Source: Eledone cirrhosa
Taxonomy: Eukaryota
Direction of reading: 5' to 3'
NCBI GenBank assembly: GCA_964016885.1
Contig: OZ024753.1
Location: 3,348,001 to 3,412,000 of the forward strand
DNA: 64,000 nucleotides
Shown: positions 12,408 through 27,173 of the stretch, piece by piece
Numbering within the stretch: the first letter of the stretch is position 1
How the letters are laid out: each line of letters begins with the position of its first letter
The notes under the pieces: model-generated
What the model was told of the DNA's origin: nothing
Databases searched by the model: none
What the model saw: the letters and a program-made list of their open reading frames with translations, nothing else
Position numbers and translations under genes: made by a program

Positions 12408-12913
12408 AATAAATCTCTAAGGAATTGCACCAGTCCTGCCTCCTGTCATTTTATAATAATTAACTCCGTACTGGCACCACCAACAGCACAAACGAAATCG
12501 CGTGAGTTGCATCACGTCGAGTGCTCTCCCTAATATTACATCAAGGTTGACTATACGGAATGACCAGTTCTATCCGGTTGTGAACCAACAAACTGAAATG
12601 AATATAGGCATACATATGTGTGTACCCTGGGTTCAATCGGGGTAACCACAGTAAGGAACTCAATACATAGAAGCCATTTCTATATTAAATCTTATATATA
12701 ATAATTATTATAAGTACAGATTAAAGTTTAAGCATAGAATCGCTGCTATCACCCTTTGATGAGATCTTCACATTTATTATTACTATAAGATATAATATAT
12801 ATATATTATTCACATATATATTCGTACATTCGAAATTAAGTCCTTTTTAATATATACCACATTGTGTATGTGTGACAGCTCACACCTATGTATGTGTGTG
12901 TGTGACAGCTCAC

Positions 12914-12955
<42 letters not shown>

Positions 12956-12984
12956 GTGTGTGACAACTCACACCTATGCAGGTT

Positions 12985-13473
12985 TAGCTGGCCTCCTCCA
13001 AGTTATATCTCGTTGGAGATGTCTTGGGTGATTTAATGATAGGGACCCCAGTCCTATCATCTCATTTCTACAGCTGAGTAAACTGAGGCAACGTGAAATA
13101 AAGTGTCTTGCTCAAGGAAACATCACATCACCCGGTCCGAGAATTGAACTCACAACCTTTCGATTGCAAGCCCAATGCTCTAACCACTAAGCCATGCGCA
13201 GGGCCGGATTTAGATTTGATGAGGCCCTAAGCTATTTGAGATAATGGGGCCCTTTATATGTTATAAACGAATGTTATAAAAACTGCAAAACGTTCAATAT
13301 TAAAGCAGAAAACTGTTTAAAACTATTGCATTATTTTAGTTCTATTTTATCTTATATTTTGGAAATGTACACACCGTTTCTTTCAATTTTTTCGAGGCCC
13401 CAAGAAAGTGGGGACCCTAAGCTATAGCTTGTTTAGCTTATACGTAAATCCTGCACTGGCCATGCGCCTTCAC
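12985..13473 (-). mobile_element. SINE family C interrupted by a MITE
   Basis: minus strand GTGAAGGCGCATGGC|TTAGTGGTTAGAG..GAGTTCAATTCTC..CCTTGAGCAAGACACTTTATTTCACGTTG. Confidence 0.8.
13199..13458. mobile_element. non-autonomous hAT-type DNA transposon / MITE
   Basis: TIRs CAGGGCCGGATTTA / TAAATCCTGCACTG; 8-bp TSD GCCATGCG at 13191-13198 and 13459-13466; subterminal CCCTAAGCTAT repeats. Confidence 0.88.
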
Positions 13474-14094
13474 ATTGGTGGTCGATAAATAAAGAATCAA
13501 TCCCTGCCTTTCCTCCTCTTTCTTTCTTCCTCCATTAGCACCGGCTCCCTTTTTCTCTCTATCTCTTATTTTCTCTGCAATTGGTGCAGGGAAATGGCGA
13601 TAAAAAGATTATGTAATGTGTAGCTGTTATCTCACTAAATTTATACATTGCTAACGTCATTGAGAAAGATAAGTGAATGAACATAACACACTCCTTTTTC
13701 TTCAATAACGAATAATATATTTGTTTATGTAAGAGACGGGTATTAGAATATTGATTGATACAGTCGTGTTCCGGCTGGTTATTTACTATCGGAGAAAGTT
13801 AAAACGTCTGAAATAATTTCACAACATAACTGTTTGATATATATATGTATGTATGTGCGTGTGTATGTGTGTATGTATGTATGTGTATAATTTAAAGTTT
13901 ATCACAGTGTCATTATACAAGTAAGTTTGTTAGCTGCAATGTGTCCGAACACGGAAGAGCCGAACTCCCACTGTCCTCGCCTCCATCTCTCTCACCCTCC
14001 CCATCTCTCGGCGGACAGAATGGAGAAGGCGTTTCCCCGGAGGGTGGCAAGCGACATGCGCCGGAATAGCCATTCCATCTGGCTCAATATGAGT

Positions 14095-14570
14095 GAAGGT
14101 ACGTGGTCTAGTGGTAATTAAAATGGCTAGACGGAAACTGAGTGGAAGCCCATCGAATGGATTGTACCTGTAATTCAAACATACAGCCATCTTGTGTAAC
14201 ATTGATTGTGCTTGTGAATTACTTGAAGGGTACACTGTCTGTGGAATACATAGCCACTTATGTTAATACGCGACTCGGACACTCTTCAGTGGTTAACATT
14301 TTTGCTTTACATTCATGAGGTACTGGGTTCGATTCCACTGTGTGGCGTCTTGCGCAAGTGTCTTTATCATTACCACGGGGCGACGTAGTCTTTGTGAATG
14401 AAAATTGACAGATGAAAACTGTGTAGACACCTGTCGAATAGATTGTACCTGTAATCCAAAGGTACAGCCTTTATCACATATTGTGTCCCACTGATTGAAC
14501 ATGCGAATAACATTGAAGGTATTCGTTTCTGTGGAACATTCAACCACTTAAACGTTAATTCACGATTCTG
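14095..14570 (+). mobile_element. two tandem SINE family B copies (first internally deleted)
   Basis: repeated GATTGTACCTGTAAT(T/C)CAAA..TACAGCC..TGAAGG..TCTGTGGAA; B box GGTTCGATTCC in the second copy. Confidence 0.7.
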
Positions 14571-15539
14571 CCGTTTGGTTTGAAATTACACAAAAGACAT
14601 AAACATTAATAGAAATGAAGTTTAGGAACTAATGGCACTCTATTGTCCACGAGGCCGAGATTGGGGAGGAGATGGTTGTAGACGCTATAAGGTGGAAACT
14701 GAACAGTAGAGAAATGTTGCCATGCTATGTCCTCACTCCATTTCCATCAAGGAAAACAACTAAATTCCTCATGACATTTAACACGGCCTTCTGTGGCTTT
14801 TGTACCTCGTACCTCCATTTTCATTTTCATTTTCGATAAAAAATTACTTTCCATTAAGTGTTTGAACAACAATAGAAAAAAAATAGGGTGTAAGTCATGT
14901 TAAGTGGTTATATTTTAAAAATCAAATACTGAAGAACAAATACGAACAACAAAATTCAAATGACATTGGTTAGTATGTAAGTAATGTTTTTTTTTTTCTC
15001 ATTTTCTTAGCTTTACCTTAAAGAGAAAATATTTCGAATTTTACCTTTGTGTATTGCCGATGGACGACTGATGTGTAAATATAACTTGTAAATTCAACTT
15101 ACCTGCAAAGGGAAAGAAAATCAGAAATGTCATTGCTTTTACATCATAGTAAACACATTATATAAGACATTTATGTATATGTAGTTGTATATATATATAT
15201 ATATATATATACGTGTGAATGTATATATGTGTTTGCGTAAGTGTTTGTATTCCTTCTGAGCTTTGCTTTATTTTTGTGAATATGTATTTGAGAAAATGTA
15301 TGTGTTTGTATTTTATCTATTTGTGTAGTTTAGTGTGTGTACACATTCGTTTACTTCTACTGTTTGGGTGTTTAAAAAAACATTTGGCTATTTGTTTGCA
15401 TGTTTGTAATTGGGCCCACTTTTGTGATTGTACGAACGTGTGCCTGCAGACATAGGGATGCCATCATTAATAACGTTATTATTGTTATTGTTATTATTAC
15501 TATTATAAATAGTAACAGCACGAGCAGCTTCAGCATCAG

Positions 15540-15574
15540 CACTACTACTACTACTACTAGTAGTAGTAGTAGTG

Positions 15575-15606
<32 letters not shown>

Positions 15607-15660
15607 CGACGTCGTCGCATTCGTCGTCTTCGTAGTAGTAGTAGTAGTAGTAGTAGTAGT
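15540..15660. repeat. (ACT)n/(AGT)n trinucleotide array
   Basis: directly visible. Confidence 0.9.
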
Positions 15661-17626
15661 CCACTTTGAAGCAAACCGACGTCTCTAGAAATACCTCTGT
15701 GGAATTGGATTATTAGCCAATTTTATTAATGTTAAACGAAAGCTTTTTTTTTTACTTTCTTTTCAAATATCTTGCACAACAACAGACTTTGAAAAACAGA
15801 CGTTTTCCAATACACAGAGCAGACGAAAGTTCGTTATTCTACTTGGTCCTCTAAATGTTTTTTGTATTTTACAACTGATTCAATATGGCTACTTCTGCGA
15901 GTATATGAGAGGTATTAAGAGGAAAAATGACAACAGTGGATACGACCTAAATAACGCGATGGTGCCTGTTAGAATGGCTTTGTTATTAAATGTGTTCAAT
16001 TAGAGCTGTCCCGGAGCTAACAATAATAAAAAAGCATATTCGTACAGACTTTACAGTGGGGAATTGTAGTTTTAACAGACTGCTTTACAGCACCCTCTGC
16101 CGGGGGCGCCGAGTATCATTCATATATATTGTTGAACGTAAGTAGTTGTTTATCTGCTACATACATTCTCCATTAGAATTAATAACAACGGCGGCAACAT
16201 AATGTTTATATGGAACCGTAATTCTCGATAGAGTCGCAAGGGTGCCATAGTGACAAATAATGTCTTTGGCATGTTTGTTAAAGCTGGTACTCATCACATC
16301 TCCAGGTCTGAACACAGCCGATTTCTTCCAGAGAAGAAGAGAATAATAGAAAGGAAGAATCAACCACAGTATCGTACTGGTAGTTTTCCATAGACCATGT
16401 AAGAATGAAAGGTGAATTTGTATTCGTTCGGTTTTGAATTCAGCGTGCACAGAACCGGAAGGAATACCACGGAGCATGTTATCCGAGATTCTACAGACTC
16501 TGCTAATTCCCCGCCTACCAGCAACATAATACATTCGGAATAGATCTAATATACCCAACATATAATATATAAATTCCATTTCATCTGCTTTAATCTTAAC
16601 CAAGTCACAAGTCATGATTATTAATATTTGTATTGTATTATGCCATGATTTCTCTAAGTGTTTTAGAGTTTCATGTAGTCGTGAGCAGACACAAAAACTT
16701 CTTCGACTATTCTTCCTGTCATCCAGCGGGAAATCAAGGAGGTGACTTCATGAAGGAGAGAGAATTGCACCTGCACTGGGATGCACTTTCTTCAACGATA
16801 TCGGCCTTGAAAGGATGAAGAATAAAATGCACCATAGCGGGATTTGAACTCAGAAAGCAGAAGTGGGTACAAATCTCCAGCACCCTAACGACTCTGAAAA
16901 ATCAAATACCTTTTTGTTGTACTTCCTTGCTGCAACATATATAATGATATTTAAATGAGGAAAAAAAATGATTTGCTATAGTGCTAATTAAACACACAAC
17001 TACCTTCCCCATGATGCGGTTAATTACATACCTCTATAGCATCTTTGGAACATTGATAATGATAAAGACTTCATAGTGTCAATTAAGAAAAGTGTAATTT
17101 GAATCAGTTTTCCCTTGGAAGGACGGGAGCTCAGCAATGATTCTAACTAAATACTCCTGAGAATTTTATAGCATTGTTGCTCTTACTTCTTACTACCACT
17201 TTCAATCTACTTAAGCATAGGTTTAGCAGAAGGTTTATTACTGAAATTTCTATTTGGTGTTTGATACACTGTGGACTCAAACATCCTTACACTAGAATAA
17301 TACTTATGCATTTGAAACAGTTTCAATAATCGACATCCTATCAATCACTAGAACCACCTTTTCTCTATTTCAGTGACATACCCAACAAGACTAATCGTAT
17401 ACAGCTGTCTCCCCATCTTTCATTTTTTACTGTATCCATAGCAAGATCATTCTTGTACAGTCGGTTAAATAACATTGATGGACTCGTTAAACACGCCTGG
17501 TATGAATCACACGATAACTAGCCATATTTATAACATGGAAAAAGAAATGAGACTGCAAAATATAAATCTTCTTCAGGTGCATTCAGGGAATTAAGGAGGT
17601 GGAAATGGTGTTTTCAGGAGACTTAT

Positions 17627-17630
<4 letters not shown>

Positions 17631-17720
<90 letters not shown>
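17631..17720. repeat. (TG)n microsatellite
   Basis: directly visible. Confidence 0.95.
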
Positions 17721-17724
<4 letters not shown>

Positions 17725-18543
17725 CGTGTGTGCGTGTATGTGTGTATATCTGTATGTATGCGTGTGTGTGTGCACGCGTATGCGTGCGTGAGCACACACG
17801 GGGAGACGAGAGAGAAAAAGAAACACGTAAAGAAAGTAACAAAGAGAAAAATATATAAGGAAGAAAAAAACTATTATATTATAGTCGAGCTTCTTGTATT
17901 TGTCTTCATGTTTCGTCGGCACATCGTTTCAGAGGCTAAAAATATATAGTTACACTTCACGTAAACAGAAAACAATGAAGATTCTTATCATCGTTTTAGA
18001 TTTGCTGTGGCTTTCTTGTCTACACCGGAATGATGCCAACTTACTCAACTGGAATCACCAAAGAAATACTTATGTTTCTTTTTTCAGTGATATACATTAG
18101 CGTCAATTCAACTAAATATTTTAACACACGCCTCTTAGCAATACGGCTTCCGGTGGGATGATATTCATCCACAAATAATTTCAAAACATAAATAATGGCT
18201 CCCCGGCCTAAGGAGTCTAAAAAATCAAAAACTGACACTCTTCTATTTGGATACAAAGTCTTTCATAAATAAAACACCCAAAACTGTCACACTGGTCTAA
18301 ACATAAATATTTACCCCAGTGTAATATTTTTAATATTTCTAAGTTTGTATATATGGTGATATTTCTTTGTAGAAACATAGTATTAAACTTTCCTAACTAC
18401 AGATATATATAACCAGTTACTCATCTTGATATGAATTCATTCTTGGCAACATAAAGATAATGTCACATCTTTTATGATCTGGATTTAACTTGACTGAACG
18501 GGTTCAATCCTTCTAATATATGAATTTAATATTAAGCAAGTGT

Positions 18544-18947
18544 GGGGCGGTAGATTGGCAATATCAGTATAGCATCGGACAACATGCTTTGTGGAATACA
18601 GTTACATGCTTTTACGTACTGAGTTAAAATACCACCGAGGTTAGCTTTGCTTGGCATCCATACGCGGTCGATAAAATAAAGTACCAGTAACCTACTGGCG
18701 TCAGTTTAATCTCAGAATTGATGGCCTTGTACCTATATCAGAAACCATTATTAAATAAAGGGCAGTGGATTGGCAGTATAGGTAGAGAGTCGGACGCCAT
18801 GCTTTCCAGCATAGTTACGTCCCTTTGCGATCTGACTTCAAATCCCGCCGAGGTTAACTTTGCCTTTCATCCTTACGGGGTCGATAAAATAAAGTACCAG
18901 TAATGTACTGGGTATTGCTGGCCTTTTGCCAAATGTAGAAACAATTA
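18544..18947 (+). mobile_element. two head-to-tail SINE family A copies (diverged 18544-18750, younger 18760-18947)
   Basis: family A core in both; the second is flanked by ATTATTAAATAAA duplication. Confidence 0.88.
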
Positions 18948-19397
18948 TTAAATAAAAGGGAGGTTATTTAGCATATAGATTAAAGGCATATATTTTTACA
19001 TAGAGGAAAGTTGCATTTTTTATTATGTCTTTCTTTATAGTAGTGTATAGATTTTGAGAGTTGGTTCAGCGTAATGTTTTCGGATATCTTGTAATGATGT
19101 AGTCATTATCATCCAGTGCCAGTTAAAGGTTTTTACAGACACAATTACCGTTGTCCGTTCCAATCCGCCTCCTTCATAGTAATTAGTAACATGATATATT
19201 TTAGTGTTCACTTTTTTCCTCCTCATAAAAATGCTATTTTTTGCATGATTAGTGAAAATATGTAAGGCATTTTAAAAACATTTCTAAATCTGAATTGCTC
19301 TATTTTGGATATTACTCAAATTCCATTTAGGGAGCATCGTTTCTTAGTTAGAAACCTACTTTTCATTAGAGTAACATTTAAAAAAAAGTGAAATCCA

Positions 19398-19475
<78 letters not shown>

Positions 19476-21630
19476 ATATATATATAATTCTCTCAGATCC
19501 CAAAGTTGCCTGTAATAGTGTCCAAACCTATATATTAAAAACGCACTCTCCTAACCGAAATATGTATAACTGCCTACCATTCACATTAGTTTTCCAGAAG
19601 GAAAATTTAAAGGCAAAGAATTATTTTATCGCTTCACAGTCTACAACAGCTTGACCTGTTACACATAGGTTTTACAGCTTATTCGTTAAAAGAAAAAAAC
19701 AATAAACACGCACGCACATCCTGAATGCATTGTAGAAATGTTGACAACTGGCTATCGAGCCATATTTGGAATTAAAATTAACCATCAAGTTTTTTCATAT
19801 AAACTGGAAAATTCTATCTATTGCAAATTCTTAAACTAACAATGTAAAAGAAAGTTTTTTTTTTATTAGTCTCGTATCCCAGCATTCCCTGAAATTCTAT
19901 TCTCCAATTTCCATTTACTTAACCTGGAGTCGGAAATTGTCTCATATATAGGAGATTTATGATATTAAAACATTTGAAGGCTATTATATTTATAAATATG
20001 TAATAGTTTATCGATGAGACATCTGTCTCAATTATTAAGACATATTTTCCAACTGTTTTATCTTAATATTTTAGAATGTTTACCCCCAATCACTTTCAAC
20101 ATTAAGGTCATGGTTATCAAACGCAGCATCACATTTCCTCTAGCAACAATTGCTTTCTTCATCATTACAGCTTTTCTATTTTGTTATAATATATAAGTGT
20201 AACTACACAACAGCAACTTATAAACTCTTCACACACATTCTAACAGAGTCTCACGTAATAATACGTTTATTTAATTGTTTAAATTTAGACCCAATTATTG
20301 TCCCACAATTTACTATATTTAATTAATTATTGGTTTTACAAGCTGCACATTTCTAAGCTTCATTAAATTTATCGTATAGTAGTCGACATGTAATCACTTA
20401 ACCACTTCAAATTGATCTAATTATATGTTTTCAGGCCTAATAACCGTCTCTACAACTTGTCTATACAACTTGTACATCTTATTCAAACCTATATCGATAT
20501 ACAACTTGTACATTCTTATTTCTACATATCACTTTCATTATATCCACATTATTTTATTACACTTTTATGTTAGCTTATAATAATAATCTGACATATATTT
20601 CATTGTATTCACGTTTTCAGAATTTATTTTAATTTCATATCACACCTGTTTTCGTAATGTTATTTGAGTATATAATCCATTTGTTTCAACATATAACTAC
20701 CGTGCACAAAATGTAATATATTGACGTTACTGATCTGACACAAACCTGTAAAGTATATTTTTATTTGAAAACATACGTGACCAGTTATTACATAATAATA
20801 TTATCTTGATATACACAAAATTGTTCTCAATAATATGGCGTATACACACATATATATTGCTTATATGATACGAACCTGTAAAACATATTATTTGAATAAA
20901 TGCAAATTCTTTTTATTAGATAATACCATTATTTTATTATATGCTAAAATGCTCTAAGTTACAAATATGCAGTTTATACACATATTATTACCGATATGAC
21001 ACAATTGTGTAAAAGATAATGTTATTTTAACATATGCCTGTTTTATAGTCAACTCTTTGTACGCCTAAGCACATATTTTGAACATCATATTCGTAATTTT
21101 TATTCTATTTCTCATTTATTTTAATCCATGTTCATGTTAGCTTATAATTATTTATATTGTGACTTGTATTTCAATATATTTATTTTCACGTGTATTTTTG
21201 CTTTCTATATCTTTTAAAAAATATTATTCTATTCTATTAAATGATGCTTTTGCTTCACCATACACCAATTTGCTCTTGGTAAAACCTTGTAGTCTACACA
21301 TACATTATTGCTTGACACAATCCTATGAAGACAATGTTATTTTAGACAATGTTATTTTAAAGTATATACATTTTCATTCATATCTTTGCACAATTAAGCA
21401 AGTAATAGTTTGTTTGTTTTTTGTTTTTTTTTCTCAGTATTCTATCAAATATACTAGCTTTTAGGCGGTGATTAATATAAACATATAACTGAGACGGTAC
21501 GTGTCGTTTAAGGCCTTGTAAAACCAACGTTGTTTATGTTCTGCTGCATTGCGATTCAACACAGATGACCAAAAAAATAAATACCAGTCATACATAATGG
21601 AGTCATACATAATGCTGAACTAAAGCTTTC

Positions 21631-22531
21631 TTGAACTGGGCATTTTCTTTTATCGTTACAGCCGCACTACACCAAGCGGAAGACGGCTCCTCTGTCTATC
21701 AAATAGGAGGTCAAGCCCTATCAAATCTCAGCTATGCAGACGATCTGGTCATCATGAGTTACTCTGGTACTGATCCGGAAAACTTTCTGAATGTATTGAC
21801 CACATATGCCCCAGAGGCTGGCTTACTCATCAACATCTTCAAAACGAAGTGTATAACAACTGATAAAAACAATGCCAATCTCAAACTCACAATCAACATC
21901 AAGCAAATTGCTCAAGTTACGGGGTTTGTATATTTGGGTCACAAGCTATCATCGAACAACAATAGAATGGTCGCTGTGCAGTATCGCGTCGATTTGGGTT
22001 GAGCACCTTTCAACAGGAACAAAGAATTGCCTACATTAAAACGTGTTTCTTATCATTTGAAGGTTAAAGTCTTCGACATTTGCATCCTACCAATTGTGTT
22101 ATAAGGTCTTGATTGTGTTAACAGGGCGACAAAATCACTTCATAAGCTTTCTACATTCCAGAACCACATCATGAGACTTATGACTAACAAACAACTCAGC
22201 GATTATATCTCTATCAAGGCTATATCTCAATCAATAAGGTACTCAACATTACCAAGCTTAAACCAATCACATCAGTTATCAAGACAAATGTACTTAAACT
22301 GTATGGTCATATCAAAAGATGAACTCGCATTGTGAATAACTTATGCATAGAAGGAAAGTTAGCCGGTAAGAGAAGGAAAAGTTGACAGCCAAAACGCTGG
22401 CTTGATAATGTTAACTTATGGACTGAACTTAACCTTTCCTCTTTAAATTCTGCTGTTGGTGATCGAAATTTGTGGAGAAGAATATCATCCCATGATGATG
22501 CGCACTCTGCAACAGGCGGAGTGAGAATCTA

Positions 22532-22533
<2 letters not shown>
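21631..22533 (+). pseudogene. decayed non-LTR retrotransposon (RTE-like LINE) reverse transcriptase C-terminal region
   Basis: YADD motif (LSYADDLVIM), GLLINIFKTK, FVYLGHKL, then past stops/frameshifts LKVKVFDICILP, LYGHIKR, EGKLAGKRR, RWLDNV, DRNLWRR; ends in (TA)n. Confidence 0.88.
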
Positions 22534-22576
<43 letters not shown>

Positions 22577-22647
22577 TATATATGAGCCAAATTATCATAG
22601 CTTTGGCTTTGTTATGGTTGCGAACATCTCTCTCTCTCTATCAGTGC

Positions 22648-22712
<65 letters not shown>

Positions 22713-22920
22713 TATTATTATGTAATAAACAACATAAGGCAATTATTCCATTTACCAGTGGTTTCTTAAAAGCAAAAGGTTTTGCTTTCAATCCTCAGAA
22801 TGAAAAAATCCTTGTTTGTTTATTGAATTTGGATTAAAAAAAAACTAAAAAATAATTAAGCTCTGTTACCTACATAGAGCACTCTTTTTTCCTGGACTTT
22901 TCCGACGGAATTACTTCATT

Positions 22921-22957
<37 letters not shown>

Positions 22958-22971
22958 CATAATATATATTT

Positions 22972-23531
22972 AAGGGAGGAATGATGGAAGGCAGGAGGCT
23001 GAATTAAGTGCAAGAATTGCAGGAGCTGATGCAGTAATGCGCCAGCTTCAGCATTCAATAATCAGAAGAAGGGAGGTAGGTGTAAAAGCCAAACTCACTG
23101 TCTTCCTGGTATTCCTGCTAACCTTTACCTAGGATCAGGAATCTTGGTTAATGACCAAAGGAATACGATTGCAAATACAAACTGTCGAAGGGTCTTTGGA
23201 GTAACGTTACTCGATAAAGTGCATAGCTCTGAGATTAGAGAGTCACTCCAGGTAGAGCCGCTACTTCTCCAACACTATGGGCATGTGGTTAGAATGTCTC
23301 AGGAAAGAATCGCTGGACAGATTTTACTGGCAAAACCAAGCGGGAAGTGACCCAGAAGGAGATCCAGAGCAAGATATTTAAATAATATCCACGAGCTTGG
23401 CTGATCACGCTTTGGGATCCAGCTGGATCAGTTAGAGATGTTTGCTTCTGACAGACTCGCTGGAAGGAGTGTTTGAGAAGGACTCTGCCCCCACGACCCT
23501 CCCAGAAATAAGTAGGCGAAGAAGAAGAAGA
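22972..23531 (+). pseudogene. decayed RTE-clade LINE 3' fragment
   Basis: ELSARIAGADAVMRQL, RRVFGVTLLDKVHSSEIRESLQVEPLLL, YGHVVRMSQERIAGQILLAKPSGK; (GAA)n tail. Confidence 0.82.
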
Positions 23532-25823
23532 TATTGTCAATTTACTTTTCAATTTACATACCATATCTATATGTATATATATTTGTGTATAATACCAATA
23601 TGCACACTACATATGCCAGCAGAAAACCGCCCGGGGCGGTTCTTCTGCTGATATATATAATTGATGGATGTATGTGTAATCGTATATAAATTGTTGATCG
23701 ACAACAAGCTCAGCTGGAATCGCCAAATAACGAGGATGTGATATAACAAGTTGTTTGAATTAGAAATATTTTGTCTAGAAAATCTAGATGTCTTCTTTGT
23801 TCTAATATTTACCTTTGCACTCTCTCGTCTATCATAACATTGATTCCCGCAGTTTCGCATTATTTAAACAAAATATTATGAGAAATGCGTCACCGTGAAG
23901 AAAAGTCATACATAAAAAGATACAAAAACATGATATGATCTACCTAGATTATTACTAAAATAGAATCAAAGCATTCATTATATATACGGCCGCAAAATAA
24001 CATAAAAGACACATCATTTGGAGGCCTGAACCGAATGTTTGTAGAAGGACAAACCCGCTCAAGACACACATTGTCCGAATGATAGTATTAAAGCAGGCAA
24101 CGAATTAAGTCTAACAGAAAGCTGGAGCAAATAATGCAAGGCATCTTATCCAATGCTCTACCAAATCCGCTAATCCGCTAGCCTAGTCTGTTAATTTATT
24201 CTATCGAACCCGAAAGTGCAATGCACAAAGGTAACATCGGTGTGATTTGAACACAAAGCACAGAAAGCCGCATGAAATATCACGAGTCACATTACCATAT
24301 GCTCTAACAACTCTGTTATTCACACATTTTTATTGTAAGACCCCACCACGGCTATGAAAAGAAATATCTGTGCTGCGGCTCAAATAGCTGAAACAATTAA
24401 TACATACGCTCATTTAAAAAATATTGTATTTTATCACGAGACGCTGCTTTTGAAATAACAGTGGCTGTTTAAGATAAGAACTTTAAGTTCTTCGCACGAT
24501 TAATTTGCCTGGGAACTGCAGTCGAAACAAATCTTTCGGTTGAAACAGTCATTAGTTCTTAAAAAATTTGGGTTGTCCGAGATTTGAAGATAAATTCGTT
24601 GAGTGATGTCTAAGAATGGGGAGTGTTGCTAAATTCAAATGTTTGGTTGGGACAAAAGATGAATATAACAGTGTTAAATATTAGCAAATGTTAAATAACT
24701 GTCATTAAATTCCTTTGTATTAGTACATGTAACAATGAAATAATCCTATTCTGCATCCAATTGACAACAGAAATCTGAAAATTACATTAAAAAACAATAC
24801 GACTATTGTGGTCAATTAATTTTTATTCACGCAATTAATTTCTGTCAAATTGATAAAGAAACACTGTTTTTGTTTCCGAAAGAAATATAATTCCGCTAAG
24901 ACTTGAAGAATAGCCTATTTAGCTTCGAAGAAAGACACGCTATTCCAGAAAATTCTTTTTAATTAATCAAATAGAAGTAAGGGTAGTGTCGAAAAGCTTT
25001 ATCTGATTTGTCCTTCTATTTCACATTTTTTGTCGCCTGATAAAACTAAATATATAGACATAACACTTGATAGGACAAAATGTTATCACCAAGAAGGCTG
25101 TTACGGTATACTCGTCTCATTTCCTTACTAAATTTTTCGACTCGGTGGGTGAACGGCGGGTGGTTCGTTTTATCCACATTTAAGGTATTATTATATACGT
25201 GACCATGTGGTTAGGGTATTAGGTTTATGATCGTAGGTTTGATTCTTGACTGGAGCAGTGAGTTGAATCTTTGAGTCAGATACTTCATTCATGTTGCTCC
25301 TATACACATTAAATGTACCGCAGTCAGCTAGGATTAACACCTGCAACGAACTTGTATCCGGTCAAGGAAAGGGAGGCTTTTCCTATTAGATGCATTGTTG
25401 CTGGAGGCCTAATGAAATTAGATAGGTGCAAGTATAACAACAAATTACTCTGTTCCCGTCAGCCAAGTCAGTTAAACATGTAAATTAGTCACTGCCTGTA
25501 TATAAAGGTCAATATAGAGTTGACAACTATTTATTTAACTTCGTCAGACTGGCGTCTGTTCAAAACGGAAATATGTCTTCTAACTGCTTCACGCCTTGGA
25601 AACTAAGATAAAATCCACCCCTAATTTCCATTTTATATATTTTTTCTAATAGCAAAAATAACCAGAAAAGAAAAAGCACGCAAGAAAGGTCCAGTATTAA
25701 CATATGGATAGGAAGGGTTAACTGTTTGCAGGAAGACTTTTACATAACATCCTATAGAAGTTTTTTTTGTTTTCGTAATACAAAGTTAACAAAGAATACA
25801 TATTATGTGTGTGTGTGTGTTTA

Positions 25824-25981
25824 TCCTGGGTTCATTCGGGGGTAACCACAGTAAGTAAGGTACTCAATACATAGGTGAGTATAAATATTTAATATAGAAA
25901 TGGGTTCTACAGAACTAGAACTGTTTCATTCGGGAGAAATCATCAGGGCTTCTGATGAAACAGTTCTAGTCCTTTAGAAGC
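25824..25981 (-). mobile_element. family H1 PLE-like fragment with hammerhead-like motif and short fold-back
   Basis: minus strand CTGATGA-TTTCTCCCGAAT-GAAACAGTT; arms ACTAGAACTGTTTCAT / ATGAAACAGTTCTAGT; homologous to 2705-2852. Confidence 0.62.
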
Positions 25982-25982
25982 A

Positions 25983-26016
<34 letters not shown>

Positions 26017-26338
26017 TTATATTTGCATCTATATATATTTTATATTCAATAGATGAGTTTAAATATTTTAAAACGATTTTGTCCTTTAAATTTTCATAGA
26101 CGTACATTATGATTAGCTTGGAATAAAGCGTTTGAAATTGTATTAATATTTTAAGACCTCTTCATTCATGCCCTGAGAATAAATCTGTAAAAGTGGTGGG
26201 ATAGAGCCTCGTTTGTATAGTGGGTGGCTAAGTCCACGGTAGTGATATTATACCAAGAATTTCATCATTGCCAAGTTTAAACTAGATCACAGCCGTGAAG
26301 TCAATATAGTATTTATAAAAAGGAGTTCCCGCTAATTA

Positions 26339-26339
<1 letters not shown>

Positions 26340-26384
<45 letters not shown>

Positions 26385-26477
26385 TGTATGTATGTATTTT
26401 TGTACATATATATATATATATGCATATATATATATATACATATATATATACATATATATATATACATATATATATAC

Positions 26478-26534
<57 letters not shown>

Positions 26535-26556
26535 TGTATGTATGTATTTTTGTACA

Positions 26557-26590
<34 letters not shown>

Positions 26591-26641
26591 CATATATATA
26601 TACATATATATATACATATATATATATACATATATATATAC

Positions 26642-26672
<31 letters not shown>

Positions 26673-26777
26673 CATATATATATATACATATATATATATA
26701 CATATATATATATACATATATATATACATATATATATACATATATATATACATATATATATACACATATATATATAC

Positions 26778-26863
<86 letters not shown>

Positions 26864-26872
26864 GTATATATA

Positions 26873-26928
<56 letters not shown>

Positions 26929-26942
26929 ATATATATATATAT
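26340..26942. repeat. interrupted (TA)n array with a duplicated TGCATGTATGTATGTATTTTTGTAC block
   Basis: directly visible. Confidence 0.95.
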
Positions 26943-27173
26943 TACGAATACACACTTGGTTAGCATTCTGAGACAAGTTTAGGTCGATACACGTTCAACT
27001 ATATCTTATTGAAATATATCAGCAATGCCTTTCATTTAAAATCTGATAAAGAAATGAACACAGCAGCAACACTATCAAAGTAACAACTAACTCTATCTCT
27101 AAGGTGGGGGTGGCGCTATTTACTATAAGTACAAGTGACATTGTTAGAAATTGTTAGAAATAAGAACAGATAA

